Positions 22,781 through 35,701 of a DNA stretch of 64,000 nucleotides are shown piece after piece. This stretch comes from Hormiphora californensis (lineage: Eukaryota; Animalia; Ctenophora), in NCBI GenBank assembly GCA_020137815.1, contig CM035353.1, forward strand, positions 4,092,001 to 4,156,000. The letters run 5' to 3'. Position numbers and translations under genes: made by a program. The stretch's first letter is position 1; every line of letters begins with the position of its first letter. Under the pieces are notes generated by a model, which was not told where the DNA came from, ran no database searches, and was given only the letters and a program-made list of their open reading frames with translations.

Positions 22781-23728
22781 GTCTGCAGTAGCTCACGAGC
22801 AGCGCTAAAAGGGTGGGAAGCTGTGATTATTATAGGCAATGTCTAATGAGTTAAATACTCAACGACTCAGTGAATTTCACTATAGTTCTTGCAGCATTTT
22901 AAGACACAGTGCACCTATACAAATACAGTGGGGTTGCGAAAAAAGTGGACCTGGTTAATAGGTTTCGTTACTGTAGCTATGGAAACTGATCACATGTCTA
23001 AATATGGCACATGGCATGTCCAAAATTAGCAAATGACATTTCTTAACATGGTAATATTGTTTGGAATCCGGTAATATTGTTTTGAATCCGGTAATATTGT
23101 TTGGAATACGGTAACGATGCAACATGTCATCAACAAATACTCTATCATTACCATGCGACAAAAAGGAATACACCGTGCCAAGTGCTGTGGTAGTATTGGG
23201 GAAGAAAAGGTGCTAAAAACGCTACTGATTTGATTTCATTTAAAACAACTGTGGTACTGGCGACGTGGCGAGACAGGAAGCGTGGTCACGTGATGTTCCG
23301 GTTTATTTTACCTCCACTTCAGGGCTCTAAAATAAACATGTGGCAAGGAGAAAGGAGATGAACATATGGTGAGGGTGGTGTCTTGGGTGTCAGATATAGA
23401 ACCAGTGAAATTAGATCACTGAGCGAGTTATATCAGCTACCAGGATATTATTGTTTTGATAATCCCCCCCCCTATGATAGTTGGGTCTGGAACAGCTGGA
23501 ATAATATCGGGTCTCCGGTCTATATCTCAATTCTAGACAGCCCTTATGTAACTACTCCTCCCACCCCTCTCAACTCAGCAATAAATATAAGGGTTGGTAC
23601 TAATGTAATAGGTAGCCAAAAACTCAAGCTTTATTTTGTATCAGCACTAAAAACGTAGTCAATGATAAGAGAGAGCTGTTTTTACTTTGGGAAAACTCGG
23701 CAGATGTTAAGTACTCCTAGGCGAAGGA

Positions 23729-23827
<99 letters not shown>

Positions 23828-24679
23828 AAGAGAGAGAAAGAGAGAGAGGGGGAAGAGAGAGATAAATGAGATAACCATGTTTAGGTTTGAATTGTTCATG
23901 ACACGATGTCAGGCGCCTCAAGTTTTATTATACAGTTGCAGTGGAACTTCACACATGATAAGCAAGGTTACCAACGCGTCGACCGATGGATAATCTTCAG
24001 AAGCAAACCCAAAAACTAGAGAGAAGAAATAAAGATAGGAGAAAGCAGTGGTGCCACCCCCCCCCCCTCCCAAACAAATTTTCAGATAGGGGTGGTTGGG
24101 CCAGAAAGGGCGATCAAATTATACTGATTGCGTATCAAGTAATATCATCTTGAAGCCGGGCAGGGGGGAGGACCACAGGAAGCCCGTGTGAAGTATAACA
24201 AGTAGAGACCAGAGCTAAAAGACTTTACATGCACATTAACATGAAGTTGTGGAAGTTGAAATATCACTCAAACTAAACACTAAAATTGATCACAGCCGGA
24301 CCAGGCCGAAAACACGGTGGGAAGAGGACTCTCTTATACATGAGACAATACAAATCAAGTGCAACTTATTTTAGTACAAGTCATGATTCAGGAAGTGATT
24401 TTGATATCTCCGTCTAATACAAGTCATGATTCGTCTAGATCGCTCTAAAGCAAGGAGCTGGTACTATAGAAATAATAAAACTACAGCTCAGCTCGTATCC
24501 CGACTATAGTTATAGGAGACTGGGAGTACGTTAACACTGTTTGGAGAGCTAGAGACGCCATGGGGCAACAATTGGTCGATATAAGGGTGAAATTACATTA
24601 CCCAACGGCTCCTCTTCCTTCCCCATTCTAACCAAGGCCCAACTGAGTTCTATTTATCAGGTCTCTCAACTCCCTCTTC

Positions 24680-24799
<120 letters not shown>

Positions 24800-25308
24800 T
24801 ATCGTATCAAGCATGAAACTGCGTACACGTGACGTCGTGAGATCACGTGAGTACCACTACCACTGGAACCGTGCACATGAAATCGAATTGTGGGGGTCCG
24901 TTTTATTTATAAAAAAACTAATTTTCTCAAGATAACCACCTTCAGCTGAAATTGAAGGAAATAAGGCCAGAGTAATATCATTTCACTGGTCGTGAGGAAA
25001 TCGAACATTTTCAGCCATTTTCACTTTTCAGGCTCAGGCCTCAGATAAATCGAATTTGGAAATAAAGTCTCTCAGACATTTTTCAAGATAGGAACGAATC
25101 TCAACTTTCTATAGGCACCACGACGAGACAAGATTGTATCCTAGGAAGGTAGATAAACTGCTGTTTGACCTTCCCCACGAACCTACTGACTAAAAACCCT
25201 TGACGTATTGTCTGACACCGGGCAAAAAGGTCACTGTATTACAACCAATGGTTTACTGAATTAGACAGGACAAGCAACAATTGCAGAAGTACTGAAGACA
25301 AACAGATA

Positions 25309-25392
<84 letters not shown>

Positions 25393-25532
25393 TAATAATA
25401 GTAATGACATCCGGGTCCGAGATCACCACTATAATCCATGTATTTGTAAAGTGTGCCAGCATACAGTACTGATACGTGCGACAAGCAGCTGTAGACTGCC
25501 AACTATGTAACAATTTGTTGTTATGATATATA

Positions 25533-25870
25533 CCCTGCTAACTTAAATAATGCGCCAGTGGCGAGAAGTCCCACTAGCGCGCTCTCAGTAAACAGCCAGT
25601 CCAGCGGCAGATTATTTCCCACTGGCAGGTTATTTATTTTTAACTCCTACGTAACATTCAAAGTGTGTGTAAATGATCAGTTCTTACTAAAATACAGAGG
25701 GAACACTATGTGCAACACTTACACACTACATTGGAGAGAAAGAAAGGACACATTCCGTCAATTATCTTTGACCCCTTGTCTCACATTTTCAGGTTATGGT
25801 GACATGCCCTTATAGGCTACTCACTTCCTAGCAAGTTAGTAACTGTACAAACAGTGTAAACTCATTGTGT
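25533..25870 (+). mobile_element. Partial copy of the MITE family also present, inverted, at 42559-43018
   Basis: About 300 bp of clear similarity (GCGAGAAGTCCCACT...CAGATTATTTCCCACTGG...GATCAGTTCTTACT); terminus TATA|CCCTGCT. Confidence 0.7.
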
Positions 25871-27029
25871 TTTTTACATTTCTAGATCCTTAGGTTTTTG
25901 AGATGTTGCTCCCTGTTGGTGTAAACATGAATAAATAAACCCATGGTTTACCTGAAATTGACAGGCACATTCAAAGTTTAAACAACGATCGGCGGAGCTG
26001 GACGTCGTGTGATTAACCAGTTTAACCGCCAGCGGGATAAACTCAGCTAATTTCCAGCGGACGCGATGGGAGTAAGATTGAATAACGCGCAGGAGAGAGT
26101 AGATGCAGAAAACTGAAACAAGAGAGATAATAATAGTAAGAACACAGGTCAGAGACACACTTATCCTGTATTGAAGTGCACATATAGTACTATAGTGCAG
26201 AAGAGTGGTAGACGCAACTATGTAACATTGTGTTACTGAATAAACCTACAAACACCAAGGTGTAACAAATTAGGCACAGGGGAATTAAAGTGGTGGGCAT
26301 TTTTTCGCTGTGTTGAATATCGCTTTCTATATTTTTGAATCGATTGGACAAAGCTACAGATTTTAGGAGTCCGAGAAGCTTTTTGGTTTTTACCAAAACT
26401 CACATTTTCAATGCTGAAAATTGGATTGGGGCCATTTCTGAAAGTGTGGGGCAATTTTTTTTCGGCATGGCGACATCATCGACCTTTCTACTACTGCAAC
26501 TCGAACTTGATCTCTGCAAACGATAGCGGCGAGAAAAGTTTCGTTTAGCCAAGAAAATCATTAGCTTTCGCGTAACATGAAAAGTTGGCATTATGAAAGT
26601 GGGCCATGCTGTAACTTGCCCCCTTCACGTCGCAGTGGTGGAACATGCCATGGTAATTGCCGATAGATCCGATGACCAATAATGAATAATTTGATGTTCA
26701 AGTTCACCAGGTGACCTTGGCCATGAGTTCCAATCCGGCGGTTGACCTGAAGTCAGATAGCAATTCCAATTGCAAAAACGACGCGCACACAGCGGCAGGA
26801 GAAAGGGGACAAAAGGTGTAACAACTTCATTGCAAAACAGCCCAAGGATGCAGAGGAAAAGTGGGACAGAAATGGAACGTTTGCATTCTTAATGACGAGT
26901 GCGTGAGGGTATGGATACACAACAAAATGGAACCGTTTGCGGTTTCTTAGGATAGGGTGCCGGTAAGAGTGTTTTCGACAATTAAACTTAACTAGATAAC
27001 TCTATAATAACAACGGATGATGCAAAGGG

Positions 27030-27300
27030 GTTTATGTGTTGAAAAATCAATTTTTGCACGATTTTGAGACATTTTACTCCATAACTCGGCCATTTCTCAA
27101 CTAATTTCAAATTTCCTGGGGTCCTTAGAAAGAGGGGATCAAGCTCTTCCCAAAGAGCGATAAAGTTTAAATATTGCTCAAGAACTTAATTTGCACGTGC
27201 AAACCCCTGAGGTCCCCCATCCCCCTCCCAGAACTCCTATTGAACTGCACGTGCAAATGTTGAGTCATCACTACCAAGCATCTGCCTTTTTTAATATAGA
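27030..27300 (+). repeat. Dispersed repeat, second copy at about 35192-35470
   Basis: Shared blocks ATTTTGAGAC.TTTTAC.CCATAACT, TTGCACGTGCAAACCCCTGAGGTC and CATCTGCCTTTTTTAATATAGAC. Confidence 0.7.
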
Positions 27301-29771
27301 CCCCGCTGGCTCAAATAGACGCCCGCCCCACGCGAACAATTTGCACTGGTCTATTGCGCCGTGCACTGCCGTGAGTTTGTGTCTCGATAGACGCACGCCC
27401 TCTGACAGATTTGTGTCAAGATCACAAAGAATCACTGGAAACACGATAAAATGACATGACAACACAAGAGGGAGTGTGTGTACAACCAACTAAGCTCTCT
27501 GTCTAGATCTGGCGCCCGCCAGTCTGTTGGCAACTGTTCCTCTTGACCCACAATTAACTGTTATCTCTCTCTGCATTCCACCCTTTTGATTTGTTAAAAC
27601 GATTGGTACGAGTGTGTAGGAATGTAGAGAGGCACTTTGTAGCTTCATTTCCAACTATTTGACCCGTTTTGTGTGAGCTCTCTGTTTGAGAACCACGTAA
27701 ATTGTGCTTGTTTTGCTTCTAGGTGCCCGCCAGCGGGGTCTATAGAACACAACTCCCTCCCTTGCATGCAGATATACCTGTAAACCCCTCGCTGACGCTC
27801 GGGATTTACAAGGCTGTAACGCACGGGTCCCTTCGGGACCCGTGCATTACAGCTCAATAGACGCACTGCTCTGCAGTGCGTCTATTGATTATCTGCCCGC
27901 GCGGGAGGGAGTTATGTGCTATATAGACTAGAGAGCCCAGGCAAAAGAACAAAAAACTCTCACACCCTATTGACTCCTCTCAATCCCGATCCCTGGCTCA
28001 TGCCTACTTTGGCTCATGCCTACTTTTTATCTTTCCAATGGCACCAAGAAAAAGTCGCTAGCTTATCAGAAACCGGAAATCGATTTCAAGCGCTGCATTT
28101 TGATGCACAGCAGCCTGTCGCTTAAATAAAAAATTGGACTTTACTGTGGGGTGGACACGTTTGCACCATTTTTTCCCTCCCCGGGTGGATTCATTCGGGT
28201 GATCTTTTTAGCACGTGTGCAATTATTGTTTGCCATTTGTTGCTTAACAGTGCAGCAAGTAGCACATCAGCGCCTCTGAGTCTCCCATGCCTAATAGGCA
28301 TTGCCTATCTAGCTCTTTAGAGTTCTATCTAGCTCTTTAGAGTTCTAAAGAGCTATATATGCACAACATATAACTCTGTTGGGCTATTAGCTTTTAGAAC
28401 AATTTAAACTAGCGCAATGAATATAGCGCTGTTGATATAAAAAGGAACACTACGAATCGAAACGCAGTACCTTTTCGTTTTTTTCTGCTTTATAATATAG
28501 ATTTTTAAAGCGTTTAGTGTTTACCAAATTAAAACATTGCTTGCGCTACATATGACATACTACCCCCTCTCTTTCTCTCTCTATCTCCTTCCCAAAACTC
28601 ATCACTTACGTTAAAAAGGTTGTAGCAGATGTCCTCTCTCCACAATGTCTTATTAGTGAGTTAACGGCGAGTTAGCACAATGAAGAGGAGGGATGGACGT
28701 GTCTTGTTAAAACTCCCACTGTTGTTCACATAGACCTATGAAATTATATCATTAGCAACAACAAATGTTCTCTTTTGTTTTTAACTTTTTTATCGCAGCT
28801 ATGCTAATGTGTCACCCATTTCCACTGAGGCACCGAAATATATGGCCAGCATAATGTCGTTTGCTAATTGTTCTCCATAATGTTATACTACCCGGTCACT
28901 AACCACTCCCACTTGCACCCCTTTAAAATGCTATTACTGTAGCACCTGTGTTATGTGTTGCCCCACTAAAATACTCATTTGTCTCTCCGATATAATGACT
29001 TGTTTTAGAACCCGTTATGTTTCCTCTTTTTACGCATTATATATTCATGTGATGTCTGAGAAGCTAACTTTTGCAAAGTTTTTTTTTTTTTTTTTATGTC
29101 TTCATCGTTCCTATATCTGTCACCCCCCACCACATCATGTGAACCCTGTCAGGCAATTGCTGACCCTATTTGCTTCAATCACGAAGGCAGGTCAGGCGGG
29201 CTAAGTCTGACAGCGTCTATATAACATACATGTGAGGTGGAGTTTGACAGATATCATCTCTGCAGCCATTTAATTGACCTCGGACTTCCGTATACTACAA
29301 GCACCCAATCTCTGGTGCTCTATGTCTTTTTGACCAATCACGGAAAGTTAGACTAGCAGTATATAGTCAATTAAACTTCTTGGCGTAGCATATGACGACA
29401 CCTTAGAGACTAGTTGAAAAGCAGGGTGTGGAAGCGGGGTCAAATGTTCATGAGCAAGCATGTATATGTTCGTGTGTGAGACGGGAGTGAACGCCGTGTG
29501 CTGATCGTGCAATTTGATAGTGTTCGTGAAAAATGGTTAAGCTCAAGGGTAAAGATATATAGCAAGGGAAGAGCGACGCAGATAGATAGAGAGAGCGATC
29601 GGTGGGGGGGAGATAAGAGTATACTTACAGCTATATAGAGAAAGTATATGAATCCAATATCACCATGCATCTAAAGAATAGCCCCTGCTGGCCTCCTATC
29701 GATCAGCAGCTGTCCATATCGAGAGAGAGAGTGTGAGAGAGAGAGAGAGCAAGAGAGAGCGAGAGATATAG

Positions 29772-29802
<31 letters not shown>

Positions 29803-29849
29803 GATCGATAGCATAGATAGAGAGATAGAGTCGTAAGCATTAGAGGACT

Positions 29850-30560
29850 ACCGAACCGTATCCACTTCTTGCGGGAAAGGACTTATACCAATCACCAATA
29901 CCCTCGGCCTAGCTAAAGACTCAACTCCGCCGTCTGGATGGATACTGCAAGCTCTTCGTGTCAGCACAATGAACCTACATCCACCATCACCCCCCATAAG
30001 CCCCCACACCACCTTCTCCCCCCGGATCTTCCCAGGTTTGTCTGTATGAGTGGGTCGCAACGTCACCCGGCGGGGGGAGGGGAACGGGGGGGGTAGGGCC
30101 CTTGAGTCCCGTTCCCACAGTCTACTTCGGTTTCGCCCGGGGGGGGACCATTGGTCTCGACGATGCGGTTTGTTTTCTGTTGAATTCCGTTGGGGTCGTT
30201 AAGGTGCTATTTGCGGTATGATGGGGAGGTCCGGGTACTCGCGTCGTTTTGCATTAGTCTTTTGTGGTGCTGCGAGGATTCGGGTCGTGCCGTTATAAGC
30301 TGGGGGCTGGGGTTTGGCATCCTCGTGGGTCTCTGACCCAGGGTAAATGGTGACCGGAAGAAAAGGACGGCCGGGTAGGTTGACGTTGATAATTTGGCTT
30401 GTGATGTACTCCGTAAGCTGCGGTAAAGGCTGGCTGATTTTACCTGCTGTGTGCAACTTTGTTGTAGATGGTCAGTACCACAGCACCTGTGGCACTGTAC
30501 CACGGGCTGTGGCACTTTCTACCTTGCCTAAGGAAACCCTCAACCCTCTCCAACTCTAAC
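29850..30560 (-). mobile_element. Possible decayed LINE fragment (ORF1 zinc knuckle and endonuclease remnant)
   Basis: PQPVVQCHRCCGTDH..C resembles the gag-like knuckle of I/Jockey-group ORF1; the rest is degenerate or noisy. Confidence 0.3.
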
Positions 30561-32081
30561 CACCTCACCCCACCCCCCGTTGGTATCCTTTCGCCCTCCT
30601 GGGCGCTCCCTCCGTCCTCTCTCTCGCCGCCAGTGCCCTCGCCCGCTCGCGCGCTGCGCCGTGCGCGCCCGCTCTCGCGCCGCTCGCGAGCGCGCTCGCG
30701 CGCGCGCGCGCGCGCGCGCGAGCGCTCGCGCTCGCGCGCGCGTGCGCGCGCGGGGCGCGCGCTCGCGGGCTCGCGCGCGCGCGCCCGCGCGACGCGCCTC
30801 CGCGCTCGCGCAGCGCGCTATACGCTCCGCGCGGACGCTCCCGTCCGCTGGATCGCTCGCTCCTCGTCTCGGCTCGCCTCGCCTCTGCCTCGCTCTGCCC
30901 TCTTTTGCTGAGCGCTCTCTCTCTTTCCTCTGGCGCGGCGGGGGTGTGGTAGCTGGTGCAGAACGGGGCGCGGGTTTTTCTCCTCTATCTCTTCTCTCCA
31001 CAGGGAGAAGAGAGGATACGCCAATCATAATGCGGACCCAACGGGAACCTTGAAGCAGAGAGGGGGCAAAAGGTGGAGAACCAATCGTGATTCCGGAGCA
31101 ACCCAAAATGCGTAAATGAGGTGGTTTTTTTAGTCTATTCTCCGCCTATAGACAACTGTATCTTGGATGTAATGAGGGTGGGTCGCAATGAACGTTACCA
31201 CACGTTACCCCCCTTTCTCTCATATATGTGAGGAGATGCCCTGGAATGCCAGAGTCTAGGAGCCTAGGTTAGTTAATGCTGTAACGACATAACACAATAA
31301 TGCATATGAATGAGCAATGAATGGTTCCTCGGAGTTTGTGCCTGCGTATGTACAGACGAAAGTTTACTGAGATGTGTCTACCCTGAAATATGTACATCAT
31401 CATGATCGAAATTGTGGTTGCCTTAAAAGTATTGTTAGCGGGTCGTGATAAAGTTACAGTATATGCAATCCTATCTATAACGAGAAAAAACCCCCCCTTC
31501 GACTTAATACCTACTCTATGAAAAAGGCACCTCCCCTTCCCACAGCTGACCATAAATGTTTAAAATATAACACTAATATAAACAAACCTCTCACCTCTAT
31601 AAAAAATTAAACCCGAAGGTCACGTGCCAAGCTTGTGCAGTCTAAGCAGGGCGGCACCTACAGCTAGGGGGTAACAAACACCAAAGACAACGACACCCCC
31701 CTGTCCCATTTCCCTCCCCTGGGATTTTGCTTTGCGGGATGGATAGATCTGCTAGCAACCAATGACCCATCCATGATTGAAGCGGCATGGTACGAAGCAT
31801 GCCTGTCGCCTGCTAATGACGTCATAGTTAACTGATTCAATGGAACTGAGCGAGAAGGTCCATCCTAGAAATAAATAACAACAATAATAGTTGGCCGAGG
31901 CGGAGGGAAGCCTATTAAGGTAAGCAACAACACCTCCCCGAAACTGATAAAAAGATCGAAGTAGCCGGGGTGAAACGGGGAAGCTAACTAGGAATGAGTA
32001 CTATGGGGATGAAAATCTAAGTGCGTAATGACACTATACAGAAGAAATAGAAATGAAGAAATCATATTCATAATACACTGC

Positions 32082-32200
32082 GTGACTGAGTGATTGACTG
32101 AGTGATTGACTAAGTGATAGACTGACTGCAACTGACTGACTGACTGACTGCAACTGACTGACTGACTGACTGACTGACTGACTGACTGACTGACTGACTG
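32082..32200. repeat. (ACTG)n tetranucleotide microsatellite
   Basis: Visible tandem run. Confidence 0.9.
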
Positions 32201-33001
32201 AGAATAGCTTACTAAGTCGCGACATACCTATAATATAATCTAGAACAATCACAGGGACAGTAACTGACAATAAAAACGACAGGTTTATCTGTTTTGCTGC
32301 GAGGGTTGATTGCTGAGTAGGTGTTTCCATCCATTTGCAGTGCTTGAACAGGTAGCCGGATACAGGTTTAAGTCCATCAGGTCAAAATACACACACACAC
32401 TTTTCTCTCATACTAGTTTATATGCACTTCTCACTCAAGGTATCAAATATTACAAGGGGGATAGCGAGAGCCCCCCTTTCCGTTGCAAACAAAAATTGGC
32501 AGTGAAAGAAGTCCACTTTTGCAAAGTTATACTATCACTATTATATTGCAATGTTGTATGTATATTGCAAAATACTTTTTCGTTCGTGAAGTTGGCGCCA
32601 CTTGGCGATGGATACTGTTTTTTTCAGACAAATTCGCATCGCCACGTGGCGGTGCCGCCAAATACCGCCAACACTTGGCAATTTTACGATCGCCAAGTGG
32701 CGCCAAACTAAGGCCAATTTGGCGGTAGTTCGTAGGCGTCAAAAGCCCAAAAAGTGCAACGACCCTTAACTATCCTCCTTCTCGCCATTAATAATCTAAG
32801 AGAATTCTGAATTCTATTTCCCCTCCTCCAGCTCTCTCATACCTCTTACTTTTGTAATTTTGATCACCTTTTCCCGCCTGTAGTATTAACTATTACACTT
32901 CGATCATAAAGACTTTATATCATCTCAACACAGAACTACACTCTCTCTTATTGCCTCTAATTGCTCCAATCTTTCTCCTATGTGGTATAAAATGATATAT
33001 A

Positions 33002-33152
33002 AAGTCGGATTTTTTGAAACTGTCACCCCCTTTTTCGTGTGCGGAATGTTTTTGCGCGTCACATCACATGTTAACGTGTGGTATGCGCGTCAAAATTGAT
33101 AAATTTCACATGCGCGGTCATTTGGGGGTGACAGTTTCAAAAAATCCGACTT
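33002..33152. mobile_element. About 150-bp MITE (TA TSD); related copies at 45912-46063 and 59605-59754, same TIR type at about 43722-44270
   Basis: TA|AAGTCGGATTTTTTGAAACTGTCACCCCC ... GGGGGTGACAGTTTCAAAAAATCCGACTT|TA; shared core TCACATGTTAACGTGT. Confidence 0.82.
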
Positions 33153-33619
33153 TATATGCATCGAGTGCAAGACTAGGGACACAAGGTTATTACAGATCCC
33201 CCCACAGTCAGACACTGTCTCTCTCTCATCCTCTGGTCCACCACGTGCAGCCCCCCCCCCCTCATTGAGTTGACCACGTAGCAGCTCCATACAGTCTCTC
33301 CTCATATATGGCTCATTTTAGAGCACGTATAGTAATCTCATAAAATATGTGCCCGCAGCATTTAGCAGGAACCCTTCATGGGCCAATTATATTATAGCTA
33401 CTGTTGACTGTACCCTAACATTATACTGCTACAGTTTAAATGCTATTTCTTGCTTTAAATTACACCTTAAAACTCGTACGATAGATATGGTGCAGGTGTG
33501 TGTTATTTTCTCTTAAATTATATCCACATTTCAATACCTAAATACTAGAATAGTGACTAGTATAATACTTCAATTGTTATACATGTACTATAGTATACTA
33601 ACAAATCGACACCATTAGA

Positions 33620-34480
33620 ATGACCGTGTTAACAGATATTCTAGTGGTAGTGGTGGGTGTTCTAGGTATTGCCTCAAACACACTGTGGATAGCTTACTTC
33701 ATGTACCGACAAGGAGCTCTATCTAAAGGAGACAAACTCCTCCTCATTCTATCCACCCTCGACCTCTCCGTCTGTGTATCGGCAGGTGTCAAGGTCATCC
33801 TCAACTCCAGATACCATGACAACGAGGCAGCCACAGTGACACTAGTTGCTGCCACCTTCCTATTTAGGATGTCTCTGGAGTGGACGGCATTTGCCACGTG
33901 TGTGCTCAGTGTTGTTCGAATGATTGGCACATGCTGGCCCTTTTACAAGCCCCAACTCTCCCGCATTTATCTATCCAATGGGGTCTTTGGTGGGTATCTT
34001 CTGATCCGCGAGGGTCTCTGTGCTAAGGACTTCTACAATAAATACACACAGAACATCCGACCGGATATGTCTTCCCCTTTGAATATAAGTAACTACCTCA
34101 AGACTGTGACACTGTTGATACTGGTGGTGATTGTGGGGGCAAGCTGTGTGGTCACCACTGTTCAGCTACTAAAGAGAAGAAGGGGAGGACAGGGGGAGGA
34201 GGGGAGATGTGCCGCCGTGAGAAGGGCAACCATAACAATCTTGATAATCTCACTGATGTTTTGTGCTTTTAATGGCATCCTCTTTGTCGTGTTTTGGTTG
34301 AAGTTTGTTGAGGGTATGAAGCTTAATGGTATGGTGCAGATTATTGCCCAGTGGATCGCTGTACCTCTAAACTCCGCTCTGAATCCTTGTATTTACCTGG
34401 TAAGGAATCAGGAAATTAAGAAACAAAGCACAGACAGAGTTAGGATGATGCTGAGAAAACCAGTGGAAAGGACTGCTTGA
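33620..34480 (+). CDS. Intronless rhodopsin-class (class A) GPCR, 286 aa
   Basis: Seven hydrophobic segments; TM1 GIASN, TM2 LSTLD, TM3 SVVR..G..WP, TM7 NSALNPCIY. Confidence 0.9.
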   Translation: MTVLTDILVVVVGVLGIASNTLWIAYFMYRQGALSKGDKLLLILSTLDLSVCVSAGVKVILNSRYHDNEAATVTLVAATFLFRMSLEWTAFATCVLSVVRMIGTCWPFYKPQLSRIYLSNGVFGGYLLIREGLCAKDFYNKYTQNIRPDMSSPLNISNYLKTVTLLILVVIVGASCVVTTVQLLKRRRGGQGEEGRCAAVRRATITILIISLMFCAFNGILFVVFWLKFVEGMKLNGMVQIIAQWIAVPLNSALNPCIYLVRNQEIKKQSTDRVRMMLRKPVERTA

Positions 34481-35701
34481 TTCTTTTCATTTGTTAAAAT
34501 GCAAAAAGGTATAGGTGTTTAGAAATCTGTAACGGACATTATATTAGTGACTACGTGCAGTAGTACGACTGTAAAAGCTGTCCCCTTTTCAATTGCGAGG
34601 GGCAAAGTGTAGCAACTAGAGCCTCGCCCAGTCGCCCACAACAACAAAATGCTCCTTCACCTTAGTGCTATTAAAACACAAGGATTTGGTGATTGTTCTT
34701 TACTGTTTGAGTGATACGTGAATGATTGGAAATGGATTGGTCTGGAATTATGCTAGTTATAATAGCTATTGAGCAATGGGCGCTACAATCTACAAACTAT
34801 AATAGTAGCGTAGTACTTTAATTTATGTCTTCGTACAAATGATTTTACTCATTCTCTTATACTATTGTCGACTCTCTCTCACTCTCGGCGCCCAAGTGCT
34901 ATTTGAACATAAATAATCATAGCGCCCGAACAATGAAAAGCGAACGGGAGAGGGAGAGAGAAAAGTTCATTTATGTTATAATTTTCAATCTACTCGATAT
35001 TCACTTCACACACTACGCGTACTATATAACCGTGAGTAGAGCACTGTTCGAGACAAGGACCGTCAATACTATGCGTACTATAATAGTCGAAGTGCTCTGA
35101 TTGGGCAATGGGCGTCTTTTTGCAGCATCCAACCGAAATATTTTGTTGACTAGAGCCCATTGTTCTCAATAGTAACAACGGCTGATACAAAGGGATTCAT
35201 GTGTTAAAAAATAAATTTTCGCCTATTTTGAGACGTTTTACGCCATAACTGGGTCATTTCTCAACCATTTTCGGGAATCTTAGGCTCATTGGAAAGAGGA
35301 AGTCAAGCTCTTATCAAAGAGCTATGAAATTTGTAGATTGGCGAACGTTTTTATTTGCACGTGCAAACCCCTGAGGTCTCCTATCCCACTCCCAGATCTC
35401 CTTCTAAACTGCACGTACAAATGTTGCTTCATCATCATCACTACGTTCATCTGCCTTTTTTAATATAGACTAGAAAACCCGTTTATTTACAGCGCCCGTT
35501 CTCTCAAATACCCACTCCCCTTGCCCAAGAGCACTGTCCTTCCGCTGTATTTATCTGCACGTGCAGTATAAACCAACCCGCCCCTAACAACCTCTTCAAT
35601 TTGCACGTGCACAAACGGTTGCTAGCGACATTTCCAAATTATAATAGAGATTAACCCGTTTTCTCACTAGTTAAGCAGTACCTTGCAAGAAACATCAAGT
35701 G

